Assembly: GCA_035656195.1 (NCBI GenBank)
Contig: DASRSZ010000051.1
Span: 4,361-68,360, forward strand
DNA from: Candidatus Cybelea sp.
Lineage (GTDB): Bacteria > Vulcanimicrobiota > Vulcanimicrobiia > Vulcanimicrobiales > Vulcanimicrobiaceae
Reading direction: 5' to 3'
DNA length: 64,000 nt
Part shown: piece by piece, positions 29,146 to 39,144 of the stretch
How the letters are laid out: every line of letters begins with the position of its first letter
Position numbering within the stretch: position 1 is the first letter of the stretch
Notes under the pieces: model-generated
The model's database searches: none
Seen by the model: the letters and a program-made list of their open reading frames with translations, nothing else
Told to the model about the DNA's origin: nothing
Position numbers and translations under genes: made by a program

Positions 29146-29559
29146 ATGAGTTGGGCGTGTCCGCGGTGTAAACGGACCTTTCGGCAGGCTAATCAACGTC
29201 ACGCCTGCGGGGTCGGCAGCGCGGCCACGTTGCTCAAAGATCGGCCACCGGCACTTGCCGAGCTCTACCGGAAACTCGAGAGCACCGTGAGGGGCTTTGG
29301 CGACGTCGAGGTCGTCACACGCAACCGGTACGCGCTATTTCGAACGACGCGCATCTTTGCGGACCTGACGGTGATGCGAGATGCATTGCGAGTGGTGATT
29401 CACCTCGATCGCAAAGCGGACGCGCCATGCTTCACCAAGATCGGGCGGGACGGCAAGCGCGTCTCACACGTCGCCCTCGCGCGGACTGCGAGGGATCTGC
29501 GCACGATCGTTCCGTTTTTGCGTCAAGCGTTCGATCTTGCCGCGAGTGAAGAGCGATAA
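29146..29559 (+). CDS. DUF5655-like protein with N-terminal zinc-ribbon-like Cys pairs
   Basis: 'CPRCKRTFRQANQRHAC' followed by a ~110-aa domain. The family call is from memory. Confidence 0.45.
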   Translation: MSWACPRCKRTFRQANQRHACGVGSAATLLKDRPPALAELYRKLESTVRGFGDVEVVTRNRYALFRTTRIFADLTVMRDALRVVIHLDRKADAPCFTKIGRDGKRVSHVALARTARDLRTIVPFLRQAFDLAASEER

Positions 29560-29574
29560 ACGCTGCAAGAATCG

Positions 29575-29970
29575 TCAGCCGCTCGATGCCCTCCAGGCGA
29601 TCGCGAGCGCGCCGATAAACAGGACGACCGAGCCGAAGACGAGGATCCGAATGGTCCGGCCCGAGTGAGCAGTGATCCAACCATTAATCACTCCGAGGAC
29701 GCCGGCGACGACGATAAGCGCGAATGCGACATTGAGTCGCCCGGCGAGCTGGGCTGCCGCAACATCGCCCTGCGCGAAGAGCAGCCGATCCACCCAAATC
29801 CAGATTGCGCCCATCAGAACGACTAAGAACGCCCCCGCGCCGAAGGCGACCCAGCCTCGGCGCTGCTGGCTTTGCAGCGTGCTTAGCGGTCTGCCACAGG
29901 TCGAGCACCTATCGGCATCACTGCTGAGCTGGTTGCACCGCGTGCAAATCATAGCGGGTGAAGTACTCAT
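29575..29970 (-). CDS. Zinc-ribbon membrane protein (hypothetical)
   Basis: 'CTRCNQLSSDADRCSTCG' followed by four hydrophobic segments. The start could also lie at 30018. Confidence 0.5.
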   Translation of the reverse strand: MSTSPAMICTRCNQLSSDADRCSTCGRPLSTLQSQQRRGWVAFGAGAFLVVLMGAIWIWVDRLLFAQGDVAAAQLAGRLNVAFALIVVAGVLGVINGWITAHSGRTIRILVFGSVVLFIGALAIAWRASSG

Positions 29971-30062
29971 ACCGTCTGGTTCGCGGTGCTCAAACCGGTT
30001 GCCCGTGCGTTCGAGCAAGATTCGGATGGTTTCCAGTGCTCTCCGGGCTGTATCATGGAACG

Positions 30063-30566
30063 ATGACGACGAACACTCTCATCGAGACGCTGCGTTATAT
30101 TGCAATACCGGAAGAAATCGCCAACGAGGCGCGTGAGACGCTTCGGGATGGCTTCGGTCACGAACTCCACGTCGTGCAAGAACACGGACCGTGCCGCGTT
30201 TGCCTTCGCGTCTCGCAGCAACCAGAGGATTTCATTCTAATGTCGTATCAGCCGCTGCCCGACACCGGGCCGTACGCCGAAATCGGACCGATATTCGTGC
30301 ATGCCGAACGCTGCCGGCCGTATTCCGATGTGAACGTTTTTCCCAGCGACTTCGCCGGCCGCCGTTTAGTTCTCAGAGCTTACGGCCACGACGGGCGCAT
30401 CGTTGACGCCGTCGTGGCAGAGCCGGGTGCTGCCCCCGAGCGGGCCGCGGCGTTTCTCGAAGATCCGGCCGTGATGGAAGTGCACGTAAGACATGAGTCC
30501 TATACGTGCTTCGATTTCAAAATCGTACAGCCAGCTGGTGAACGCGATGCTGATCCTAAAGGCTAA
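30063..30566 (+). CDS. DUF1203-like protein
   Basis: 'GPCRVCLR...ILMSYQPL...GPYAEIGPIFVHAERC'. I place the start at ATG 30063. The upstream extension is Arg/Cys-rich and overlaps the neighbouring gene. Confidence 0.45.
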   Translation: MTTNTLIETLRYIAIPEEIANEARETLRDGFGHELHVVQEHGPCRVCLRVSQQPEDFILMSYQPLPDTGPYAEIGPIFVHAERCRPYSDVNVFPSDFAGRRLVLRAYGHDGRIVDAVVAEPGAAPERAAAFLEDPAVMEVHVRHESYTCFDFKIVQPAGERDADPKG

Positions 30567-31491
30567 CCGTTATGTCATTGCCGATTTGCTGCGCGAAGAA
30601 GCCACCCTTCGGTTTGCCGCCGGCAGGATATGAATAGAACGCGAGCTCACCCTTTGCTCCGAACGGAAACAACAGCCATTTCCCTTGAATTGAGAACTCG
30701 GGCGCGAAGTGGAGGCTCCATCCCGCAAGGTGGATATAGTGCACCACCTTACCTTTGCTTCCCGAAATGGCAATGCGATAGATACGATTAGGCCCGCCGT
30801 CAGCTGCCGCGAGGTACTGGCCGTCCCACTGGACTCCGCCGGCGTTATGGTCACCGCCGTGCGTGATCCCGCTCAGCGTTATGTCCGTAAACGTCTTTTT
30901 GCCGCTAGGAAGCTCGGAAAGACGAAAGCTCCCGGTCCCAAGCTGGCCGTCGACGTAGAGGTTTCCCGAGCTATCGTACGAGCAAAACTCGTACCAAGAG
31001 AGGTTGGGCGTCGAATAAGGAGTGCCGGTCGTACCGGAGCCCGGAGGAAAGATGAGCACATTGCCGCCGCCGTTGAAATTCGGCCCGATGTTCGTCACGG
31101 CGATATTGCCGGTTGTCGGGTCCACCGCGCAGCTATTGGGCGTCTGCCCCGAGTCGTCCAGAACGTTAATGGGTAGAGATCCACCACGCGCATATTCGTA
31201 AATTAGCTGCGCCCCGGCATCGGTCACGTACACATTGCCGCCTGCATCGGAGCAGAGTCCCGCCGGAGAGGAAAAGCCTCGCAGCTCTCCCACGTTCTTA
31301 CCTGAAAACGTGTAGATTTCAACGTAGACCGGTGAGGTGTAGATCAGCGGCCGTCGCTTGGGCGGATGCGCGAGCGTAGGGACGTTACCATAAGACGCCA
31401 CGTTCGACGGGCCGGGAGTCACGGCCGTACCTTGACACGCTGCGATCAGGACGAAACCGAGTAACGAAGGAACGATACGCAAGCCTTTCAC
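30556..31491 (-). CDS. Beta-propeller-like lipoprotein, family member 2
   Basis: Lipobox 'LIAACQG'. 'GLCSDAGGNVYVTD', 'YARGGSLPINVLDDSGQTPNSCAVDPTTGNIAVTN' and 'GGVQWDGQYLAAAD' parallel the 18798 and 31504 proteins. Confidence 0.65.
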   Translation of the reverse strand: MKGLRIVPSLLGFVLIAACQGTAVTPGPSNVASYGNVPTLAHPPKRRPLIYTSPVYVEIYTFSGKNVGELRGFSSPAGLCSDAGGNVYVTDAGAQLIYEYARGGSLPINVLDDSGQTPNSCAVDPTTGNIAVTNIGPNFNGGGNVLIFPPGSGTTGTPYSTPNLSWYEFCSYDSSGNLYVDGQLGTGSFRLSELPSGKKTFTDITLSGITHGGDHNAGGVQWDGQYLAAADGGPNRIYRIAISGSKGKVVHYIHLAGWSLHFAPEFSIQGKWLLFPFGAKGELAFYSYPAGGKPKGGFFAQQIGNDITVSL

Positions 31492-31503
31492 GCCTCTTTC
31501 CTT

Positions 31504-32412
31504 TCAAACGCTTAGCGTTAGCGAATAATAGTTGCCGCCTCCGCTGGGATGAATCGTCTTCTCCACGTTGCCGCCGTGAGGATAGTCCCAAACGCCAATT
31601 TTAAGGAAATAGAATTGTTTGAGCGCAAACGGCATCACGATACTTTTTCCAATGAGCAAGAAGTCGTAACCGAGCGACTGGATCAGACCGGAGAACTTGA
31701 CCGTCGCCACGACCGTGCCGGAAGACCCCGAGATCGCGACGCGATAGACCACTTTCGAGGAGGGGTTGACGAGTGCGAGATATTGACCATCCCACTGAAT
31801 GCCTTGGCCGGAAACCGAGAGCGATATGGGTATGAAGCTTTTGCTTCCAGCCGGCATCTCGCTCAGGCTGCCGCCCGTCGACACGACGAAGAGATCGCCA
31901 TGCTGGTCGTATGCACACCACGCGGAATTATAAGTATTGTAATATGTCGGTTTCCCTTTAGCATTGGTGTAAATCGCGACATTGCCTCCGGCCCCACCCA
32001 TCCCAGCTTGATTGGCCACGGCGAGATTGCCCGTCGTGGGATCGACTGCACAACCAAGCGGATAATAGCCGAAATCTTCTAGTTTCGCGATCGGAGTCGT
32101 GCCGCCATGAGCGTACTCGAGAACGTTCTCGGTAATGTAAGCCGTGATGAAGACGTTCCCATTCTTGTCCGAGCACGCACCTTGAGGATCGCGGATGTTG
32201 GTTATCGTGCCGATTAGCTGCCCTTTGGGATAAGAAATGATATACACCCCACCGCCGACGACGTACAACAGCGCGGTGCTCGCAGTTCGCCGCGCGATGT
32301 GCGGAACGCTCCGTGGCGTGACGGTCGTGGTTGGGAAGGCGCTGCACGCCGGGAGTATCGCCGCGGTAATCCCAAGGCTTAGGACGAATCGGCTAAAACT
32401 CGAGGTCTCCAT
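31504..32412 (-). CDS. Beta-propeller-like lipoprotein, family member 3
   Basis: I place the start at ATG 32412 ('METSSFSRFVLSLGITAAILPACSAF'). It shares 'GACSDKNGNVFIT', 'YAHGGTTPIAKLEDFGYYPLGCAVDPTTGNLAVAN' and 'GQGIQWDGQYLALVN'. Confidence 0.65.
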   Translation of the reverse strand: METSSFSRFVLSLGITAAILPACSAFPTTTVTPRSVPHIARRTASTALLYVVGGGVYIISYPKGQLIGTITNIRDPQGACSDKNGNVFITAYITENVLEYAHGGTTPIAKLEDFGYYPLGCAVDPTTGNLAVANQAGMGGAGGNVAIYTNAKGKPTYYNTYNSAWCAYDQHGDLFVVSTGGSLSEMPAGSKSFIPISLSVSGQGIQWDGQYLALVNPSSKVVYRVAISGSSGTVVATVKFSGLIQSLGYDFLLIGKSIVMPFALKQFYFLKIGVWDYPHGGNVEKTIHPSGGGNYYSLTLSV

Positions 32413-32567
32413 GTTACTCACCGCCTCCGGCAATCGTCTACACACCGAAAGTGCTTCTGCGGCCGGAGCCGAGATTCCAGCGGGACGAGGGCCGCGCAGG
32501 GGTGGCTCTGCTTGCGACAAAAGTACGCGCCCACACCCGGCTAGGCGCACCCTAGCCTTGCTAAGAG

Positions 32568-33542
32568 ATGAGGTTGATGCGATCTATGTACAGCTATTCT
32601 CGGTTCGCAGGAGTCCTCGGTTGTATCGCGGCGCTCGCAATCGCCGGTTGCGCAAGCAACGGCGTCGCGCCGCCAATGGGATCGATGGCCCAGCCGCAAG
32701 TACGCGGCGGCATTTCGCTCACGTCAGGATGGGTCCATAAGGACGGCATCGTCTACCACGTGCCGCATTACATGGCGACCCGTCAGATGGCGAGCCGTCA
32801 AGTTACTCCAGCCCTACTTCTGAACTACTACGGCGGCGCCGTGGAGGTCACTCCGGTGACCTACTTAATCTTCTGGAATTACACCCGCAACGGTGACTCG
32901 AAAGGTGTCAAACCGCTGCTGCAAACTTACACCACCAACATGGGCGGCAGTGGCCACAACAACATCTACGACCAATACTACGAACTCAACGGCAGCACTC
33001 AGGTCTTCATCACCAACCCGAGCCATCAGTACGGCGGCTCTTGGGAAGATGATAGCAACCCCACTCCGAGACACCCCACCGATGCGCAAGTCGCGGCTGA
33101 GGCGCTCAGAGGCGTATCGCACTTCGGCTACAACGCCAGCGCGACGTATGTCGTCGCGACGCCCCACGGCCACAGCTCGTCGGGATTCGGAACGCAATTT
33201 TGCGCGTATCACAGCTCGACGCTGAGCAGCGGCCGTCTCGTCGCGTATACGAACCTGCCGTACATGCCCGATGCGGGAGGAAACTGCGGCTCCAACATCA
33301 TCAGTCCGCCGTCAGATGAGAGCGGAGTCGACGAAGGTGTCACGATCGTTCAGGGTCACGAACAGGGGGAAGCGGTGACCGATCCCAATCCTCCCAACGG
33401 CTGGTATAACTACTCGTACGGCGAGATCGGCGACATCTGCGCCTGGACGAACATCCAAAACGATCCGTTCGGCTCGAAGTCGTATTCGATGCAGCCGATG
33501 TTCAGCAACGCAAGTCAATCCTGCGTGCACACGTATCCGTAG
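32568..33542 (+). CDS. Conserved lipoprotein, paralogue of 49377..50348, possibly EXORDIUM/PHI-1-like
   Basis: Lipobox 'AIAGCAS'. It aligns by eye with the 49377 protein over the full length ('VYHVPHYMAT', 'YLIFW.Y', 'FCAYH', 'AYTNLPYMPDAG.NCGSN.ISPPSDESG', 'GEIGD.CAWTN'). Confidence 0.6.
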   Translation: MRLMRSMYSYSRFAGVLGCIAALAIAGCASNGVAPPMGSMAQPQVRGGISLTSGWVHKDGIVYHVPHYMATRQMASRQVTPALLLNYYGGAVEVTPVTYLIFWNYTRNGDSKGVKPLLQTYTTNMGGSGHNNIYDQYYELNGSTQVFITNPSHQYGGSWEDDSNPTPRHPTDAQVAAEALRGVSHFGYNASATYVVATPHGHSSSGFGTQFCAYHSSTLSSGRLVAYTNLPYMPDAGGNCGSNIISPPSDESGVDEGVTIVQGHEQGEAVTDPNPPNGWYNYSYGEIGDICAWTNIQNDPFGSKSYSMQPMFSNASQSCVHTYP

Positions 33543-33583
33543 ACGCACGCAACACTCACGGCAAACGCCGCAGGCAAATCCAA

Positions 33584-33619
33584 GGGTCGCTGACGATCAG
33601 CGGCCCTTTCCTTTATTTG
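33584..33619 (+). terminator. Intrinsic terminator after 32568..33542
   Basis: 'gggtcgctg' (33584-92) pairs with 'cagcggccc' (33598-606), with one G-U pair. 'tttcctttatttg' follows. Confidence 0.6.
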
Positions 33620-33726
33620 ATGGTGGCCGAGGAGAAACCGTGCAACGCGCTGAACCGCGCGGCGAGTGCCACGACCCAGAAGTAGCTGGCGCTTGCTTTG
33701 TCACTTTCGTCGCTCGTAGGATATCC

Positions 33727-35133
33727 GTGAATAGTTCGTTGCACAACGCGTACTGGCGCCTCTTAGCCTTACTCCTCGTCGCCGGATGCGGGCAAAACTC
33801 GGCCGCGGTACCGCCAGTTACATCGACAGGCGGTACCTCTTCCCTCGCGCGCGAGATTCCGGTAACGCTGAACCTGGGCGCATCTTCTCGATTGTCGCAG
33901 AAGATCCAGCACGTCGTCATCATCCTGCAGGAAAACCGGACGACGAACAACCTGTTCAACGGTTTCCCGGGTGCGAACACAGTGAAGTCTGGCAAAAATT
34001 CGCGCGGCCATTTGGTGCCACTGCAGCCGCAGTCGCTCACCGCACCGTACGACATCAGCCACAAGCACGATTCGTTTTTGACGGAGTACGACAGTGGCCG
34101 GATGGACGGCTTTAATTTAGTCAAGTCAGGGTGCGACAAAAAGCGGCACAAACGGTGCCCTCCCAGAAACGTCCGGGCGTATGGATACGTGCCGGAACAA
34201 GAAGTGAAACCCTATTTTACAATGGCAAAGCGATATGTTCTTGCCAGTAATATGTTTCAAACAAACGAAGGCCCGAGTTTCCCCGCGCACCAATACATTT
34301 TGAGCGGCACGTCAACCATATCGGACGGCAACCCGCTGCGCGCTGCCGAGAACGCTTGGGCACGGCGCAGCAGGTGGGCGGGTGGCTGCGATTCGCCCAA
34401 GCATGCACAGGTTGTGCTCATCGACACCCTCGGGAACGAAAATCAATCTGCATATCCGTGCTTCGATCGTAACTCGATCCCGGAATTAATGGAAGGAAAG
34501 TCGCTGAGCTGGAGCTACTACCAAGACCGCGTGGGCCCCGGGATTTGGAATGGGCCCGACGCCATTTTGCCCTTGTACAAGAGCCGTGAATTTTCGAAAA
34601 GCGTCGTTGCGCCGCCATCGAAGGTGCTCACCGACATCTCTGGGGGCAACTTGGCAAGCGTCATTTGGATAACGCCGACGCCGCGCGAGTCCGATCACGC
34701 CCGCGTTACTGACGGTTCTGGTCCCTCCTGGGTTGCGGCGGTTGTGAACGCGATCGGCAAGAGCAAATACTGGAACAACACCGCGATTTTCATTACCTGG
34801 GATGATTGGGGTGGCTGGTACGACCCGGTGCCCCCACCCCAATATAACTCGTACGAGCTCGGCTTCCGCGTGCCGCTGATCGTTATTTCGGCGTATGCCA
34901 AGACCAACTACATATCGACGAACCAGCACGAGTTCGCCAGCATTTTGAAGTTTACCGAAGAGACGTTCGGCCTCCCCTCGCTTGGCACGACCGACACTCG
35001 GGCCGACGATCTCTCAGACTGTTTCGATTTCACCAAAGGCCCGAGAAAATTCCAGAAAATTCCGGCGCCCCTCGGCGCCGACTACTTTCTGCGGCAGGCC
35101 ACCTCGGACCAGCTCCCTGACGACGACTTCTAG
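33727..35133 (+). CDS. Phosphoesterase-family (AcpA/PlcN-like, PF04185-like) lipoprotein, paralogue 1
   Basis: GTG 33727 gives 'VNSSLHNAYWRLLALLLVAGCGQ', parallel to the other paralogues. 'IQHVVIILQENRTTNNLFNG', 'FQTNEGPSFPAHQYILSGTS' and 'ITWDDWGGWYDPVPPP'. Confidence 0.6.
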   Translation: MNSSLHNAYWRLLALLLVAGCGQNSAAVPPVTSTGGTSSLAREIPVTLNLGASSRLSQKIQHVVIILQENRTTNNLFNGFPGANTVKSGKNSRGHLVPLQPQSLTAPYDISHKHDSFLTEYDSGRMDGFNLVKSGCDKKRHKRCPPRNVRAYGYVPEQEVKPYFTMAKRYVLASNMFQTNEGPSFPAHQYILSGTSTISDGNPLRAAENAWARRSRWAGGCDSPKHAQVVLIDTLGNENQSAYPCFDRNSIPELMEGKSLSWSYYQDRVGPGIWNGPDAILPLYKSREFSKSVVAPPSKVLTDISGGNLASVIWITPTPRESDHARVTDGSGPSWVAAVVNAIGKSKYWNNTAIFITWDDWGGWYDPVPPPQYNSYELGFRVPLIVISAYAKTNYISTNQHEFASILKFTEETFGLPSLGTTDTRADDLSDCFDFTKGPRKFQKIPAPLGADYFLRQATSDQLPDDDF

Positions 35134-35196
35134 GCAAGGACTGACGGAGGCGTCGTAGTACTTATAACACCCCAAGCGTCCCGGAGGAGCAGCAGG

Positions 35197-36558
35197 ATGA
35201 ACTGCGTGCGCTCGTTTTTCTTAGCATCACTACTCACCATCACCGGTTGCGCGCAAAGCTCGAGCGTCACGCCGCCGTTTCCATCTGCAGCCCGAACATT
35301 TGCCGCCGGTCGCCCGCAGGTGGCGGGCTCGCCGATCCAGCACGTGGTCATCATCCTGCAGGAAAACCGGACCACGAACGATCTGTTCAATGGTCTACCC
35401 GGGGCCGACACGGTGCGGGTCGGCAAGAATTCGCTCGGTAAAACCGTACAATTGACACCGCGCCTGCTCACCGCGCCCTACGACGTCAGCCACCGCCACG
35501 ACGCCTTTGTACTGTCGTATGACAACGGCAAAATGGACGGATTCGATCGGATCATCTCGCATTGCAATAAAGGCGCGAAGTGCCCGCCGCCGGCCGTCCG
35601 CGCATACGGTTACGTGCCGGAGACCGAAGTGAAACCGTACTACTTCATGGCGAAGCGGTATGCGTTTGCCAGTCATATGTTTCAGACGAACCAGGGCCCG
35701 AGTTTCCCGGCGCATCAGTACTTCTTGAGCGGCACGTCGACGATCAGCGACGGGTCCCTTTTACGAGCGGCAGAGAATCCACTGACACCGCAAGGTAAAC
35801 TTACGGGCGGTTGCGATTCACCGGCGGGATCGTATGTCTCGCTGATCGACCTTGCCGGAAACGAGGGTCAAAGGGCCTATCCGTGCTTCAATCGCAACTC
35901 GATGCTCGAGCTCCTCGAAGCGAGCGGGCTGAGTTGGCACCATTATCAGAATGCTCCGGGCCCGGGATTGTGGAACGGCGTCGATGCCATCTCGCCGGTG
36001 TGGAGTAGCCCTGAGTTTTCAACCGACGTCGTCTGGCCGTCATCGAAGATCCTCACGGACATTAGCGTCGGCAAGCTGGCGAATGTCGTTTGGGTCATAC
36101 CCACGGCGAAGGAGTCCGATCATGCGGGATACACGGACGGAACCGGCCCATCCTGGGTCGCAGCTGTCGTCAATAAGATCGGCCTGAGTAAGTACTGGAA
36201 GAATACGGCGATCTTCGTTACCTGGGACGATTGGGGCGGCTGGTACGACCCCATCGCTCCAGCGCAGTATAACTCGTACGAGCTCGGCTTCAGGGTGCCG
36301 CTCATCGTCATTTCGCCGTACGCCAGAGCACGCTACATCTCGAAGAAGCAACACGAGTTCGGCAGCATTCTGAAGTTTATCGAGAAGGTCTTCAATTTGC
36401 CGTCGCTGCAAACGACCGATGTTCGGAGCGACGACCTCCACGACTGTTTCGATTTCTCCCGACGGCCGAGAAAATTCGTCCCCATTCCGGCGCCTCTGAA
36501 CGCCGATTACTTTCTACGCCAGTCCATTTCGGACCAGAACCCCGACACCGACCTCTAG
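35197..36558 (+). CDS. Phosphoesterase-family lipoprotein, paralogue 2
   Basis: Lipobox 'LLTITGCAQ' and the same motif set ('IQHVVIILQENRTTNDLFNG', 'VTWDDWGGWYDP'). GGAGGAG lies upstream. Confidence 0.6.
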   Translation: MNCVRSFFLASLLTITGCAQSSSVTPPFPSAARTFAAGRPQVAGSPIQHVVIILQENRTTNDLFNGLPGADTVRVGKNSLGKTVQLTPRLLTAPYDVSHRHDAFVLSYDNGKMDGFDRIISHCNKGAKCPPPAVRAYGYVPETEVKPYYFMAKRYAFASHMFQTNQGPSFPAHQYFLSGTSTISDGSLLRAAENPLTPQGKLTGGCDSPAGSYVSLIDLAGNEGQRAYPCFNRNSMLELLEASGLSWHHYQNAPGPGLWNGVDAISPVWSSPEFSTDVVWPSSKILTDISVGKLANVVWVIPTAKESDHAGYTDGTGPSWVAAVVNKIGLSKYWKNTAIFVTWDDWGGWYDPIAPAQYNSYELGFRVPLIVISPYARARYISKKQHEFGSILKFIEKVFNLPSLQTTDVRSDDLHDCFDFSRRPRKFVPIPAPLNADYFLRQSISDQNPDTDL

Positions 36559-36582
36559 CCACACTTGATCGGAGCAACTTCC

Positions 36583-37947
36583 ATGAATAGCGTGCGCTCG
36601 TCGCTGTTAGCACTACTCTTCACCATCACCGGATGCGCGCAAAACTCAACTTTCGCACCATCGTTTCCCTCTGCAGGCCGAACCTCTCCAGGGGTGGTTC
36701 GTACGCCAGCGGCAGCCTCGAAGATTCGGCACATCGTGATCATCGTGCAGGAAAATCGAAGCGTGAACAACCTGTTCAACGGCCTACCGGGTGCGGGCAC
36801 GGTGAAGGTGGGCAAAAATTCGCACGGCCAGTCGGTAACATTGCAGCCGCACCTCCTCAACGCGCCGTACGACCTCAGCCATAAGCACATTGCGTTCGTA
36901 ATGGAATACAACAAAGGTCAGATGAACGGCTTCGATTTGGTCGCTTCATCCTGCAAGAAGGGCGCGAAATGCCCGCCAAAGGGTCAGCGCGCGTACTCAT
37001 ACGTGCCCGAGACGGATGTAAAGCCCTATTTCACCATGGCCGAGCGGTATACGTTTGCCAGCAATATGTTTCAGACGAACCAGGGCCCGAGTTTTCCGGC
37101 ACATCTGTATCTTCTGAGCGGTACGTCGGCGATCAGCGACACATCGGCGTTGCGCGCGGCGGAGAACCCGCTTGCGCCGCAAGGAGACCATACCGGCGGC
37201 TGCGACTCGCCTCAGGGGACTCTCGGTGCGCTCATCGATCAGAACGGCAACGAGAATCAGACGGCGTATCCATGCTTCGATCGCGACTCCTTAGTCGGGC
37301 TCATCGAAGGTAAATCGCTGACCTGGCATTACTATCAAGTCACGCCGGGGTCGGGAATATGGCACGGCCCGGATGCACTCAAGCCGGTGTGGAGCAGCCC
37401 GCAGTTTTCGAGAAACGTGGTTTGGCCGCCGTCGCAGATCCTCAACGACATTTCTGCGGGCAAGCTGGCGAATGTCGTTTGGGTCACGCCAACGCTACAA
37501 GCGTCAGATCATCCGGTTCTTACCGATGGTTCGGGTCCCTCGTGGGTGGCGTCGGTTGTCAACAAGATCGGCCAGAGCGCGTATTGGAGAGATACCGCGA
37601 TTTTCGTCATCTGGGACGATTGGGGAGGCTGGTACGATCCGGCGCCCCCACCGCAGTACAACTCGTACGAGCTCGGCATGCGCGTGCCTATGATCGTTAT
37701 CTCACCGTACGCGAAACCGCACTACATCTCAACGGCACGACACGAGTTCGGCAGCATCCTAAAGTTCACCGAGACGGCCCTCGGCCTGCCGTCGATGCAC
37801 ACGACCGACGTTCGCAGCGACGACCTCAAGGACTGTTTCGATTTCACGCGACCGGCGAGGAAATTCGTCCTCATTCCCGCGCCCTTGCATGCCGACTACT
37901 TCCTGCGGCAGACCGCTTCGAGCGGGAGCCCCGACACCGACTTCTAG
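36583..37947 (+). CDS. Phosphoesterase-family lipoprotein, paralogue 3
   Basis: ATG 36583 has GGAG 8 nt upstream. Lipobox 'LFTITGCAQ', 'IRHIVIIVQENRSVNNLFNG' and 'VIWDDWGGWYDPAPPP'. Confidence 0.6.
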   Translation: MNSVRSSLLALLFTITGCAQNSTFAPSFPSAGRTSPGVVRTPAAASKIRHIVIIVQENRSVNNLFNGLPGAGTVKVGKNSHGQSVTLQPHLLNAPYDLSHKHIAFVMEYNKGQMNGFDLVASSCKKGAKCPPKGQRAYSYVPETDVKPYFTMAERYTFASNMFQTNQGPSFPAHLYLLSGTSAISDTSALRAAENPLAPQGDHTGGCDSPQGTLGALIDQNGNENQTAYPCFDRDSLVGLIEGKSLTWHYYQVTPGSGIWHGPDALKPVWSSPQFSRNVVWPPSQILNDISAGKLANVVWVTPTLQASDHPVLTDGSGPSWVASVVNKIGQSAYWRDTAIFVIWDDWGGWYDPAPPPQYNSYELGMRVPMIVISPYAKPHYISTARHEFGSILKFTETALGLPSMHTTDVRSDDLKDCFDFTRPARKFVLIPAPLHADYFLRQTASSGSPDTDF

Positions 37948-37967
37948 TTGCACGAGCCGAGAGTGCG

Positions 37968-39140
37968 ATGAGCAGGCTTGCGAGCATCATCATTGGCGCG
38001 ATTATCGTGTGTCTCGGCGCACCCTATGCGGCCGGGGGCGCCAGCGCCATGCCCTCCGCAAACAGCCCATCAGTGCGTGCTGCGATCGTCGCCGCGGTCG
38101 AAAAAGACCGGAAGCTTTACGGCGGCAGGACTCCCGTGGCCGCCGTTCTCGTCGGCGTTTGGGACGGTGCGGGGGGCGCGTACGTTCATGGGTTCGGCTA
38201 CGCCGACCTCGCCAAGCGGCGGCCGCTAACGTCCGCCGATCATTTTCGCATCGGCAGCAACACGAAAACTTTCGTCGTAGCCGTCATCTTGCAATTGGTT
38301 GACGAAAACAAGTTGCGCCTCGACGACCCTCTTTCGCGGTTTGCGATCGGCATAAAAGTTCCGAACGCGCGGAAGATTACGGTGCGCCAGCTCTGCAACA
38401 TGCGCAGCGGTCTGTTCGAGGCGTATGAGTCGCCGCAGGTCCTCGCGTTACACATCACCTCGGACAGCAAGTTCGATCCTCACACGATTATCGCGTGGGC
38501 GGTGCAACAGAAACCGTACTTTGCGCCGGGCAAGGGCTACCACTATAGCAACACCAACTACCTGATCCTCGGGCTGATCATCGAGGCGTTGACGCACGAC
38601 AGCGTCGGAAACGAAATCCGAAAGCGGCTGCTCGAGCCATTCGGACTAACCCAGACGAGGTACCCCGACACGCAGGCGATGCCGGATCCTTGGGCGCACG
38701 GCTACGGGCTCGATAGACATGGTAACTGGGAAGACGTCAGCGGGACGATTCCGGTCTCACTCATGGGAGCCGCCGGTGCGATGATTTCCGATATGGCGGA
38801 TATCAAACGCTGGATAGAGCTCTACGTTACCGGCAAGGTGAGCGGACCTGCGACGCACCGGGCGCTCGTGAACTGCCTGCCGACCGGCGACGGAAATCTT
38901 GCGTTCGGTCTCGCGCTGGGATGCAGTGCGGGTTGGTACGGCTACACCGGCGGGCTACCGGGTTATAACACCGCGGACTACTATTTTCCACCGTCCCACG
39001 CGATGATCGTCGCGTGGGTCGCAGCGCAGCGAAGCAAACCCGAGCCGGGAGTCGCGAATGCGATCTTCCGCGACATCGCGCGCATCATGACTCCCGGCAA
39101 CGTTCCGTTCTTGATAAGCGCCAGCCGCTCCGGGCTGTGA
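37968..39140 (+). CDS. Secreted serine hydrolase of the beta-lactamase / DD-peptidase (class C-like) family
   Basis: 'FRIGSNTKTF' (SxxK) and 'YSNTNYLILG' (YxN). A signal peptide follows ATG 37968. The 203-codon upstream extension in the ORF track overlaps paralogue 3 out of frame and is Arg-rich. Confidence 0.75.
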   Translation: MSRLASIIIGAIIVCLGAPYAAGGASAMPSANSPSVRAAIVAAVEKDRKLYGGRTPVAAVLVGVWDGAGGAYVHGFGYADLAKRRPLTSADHFRIGSNTKTFVVAVILQLVDENKLRLDDPLSRFAIGIKVPNARKITVRQLCNMRSGLFEAYESPQVLALHITSDSKFDPHTIIAWAVQQKPYFAPGKGYHYSNTNYLILGLIIEALTHDSVGNEIRKRLLEPFGLTQTRYPDTQAMPDPWAHGYGLDRHGNWEDVSGTIPVSLMGAAGAMISDMADIKRWIELYVTGKVSGPATHRALVNCLPTGDGNLAFGLALGCSAGWYGYTGGLPGYNTADYYFPPSHAMIVAWVAAQRSKPEPGVANAIFRDIARIMTPGNVPFLISASRSGL

Positions 39141-39144
39141 TTCT

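Noticed and set aside
37359-37967. A 203-codon N-terminal extension of the beta-lactamase-fold ORF.
   Set aside because: It overlaps phosphoesterase paralogue 3 out of frame and is Arg-rich. ATG 37968 gives a proper signal peptide directly before the SxxK domain.
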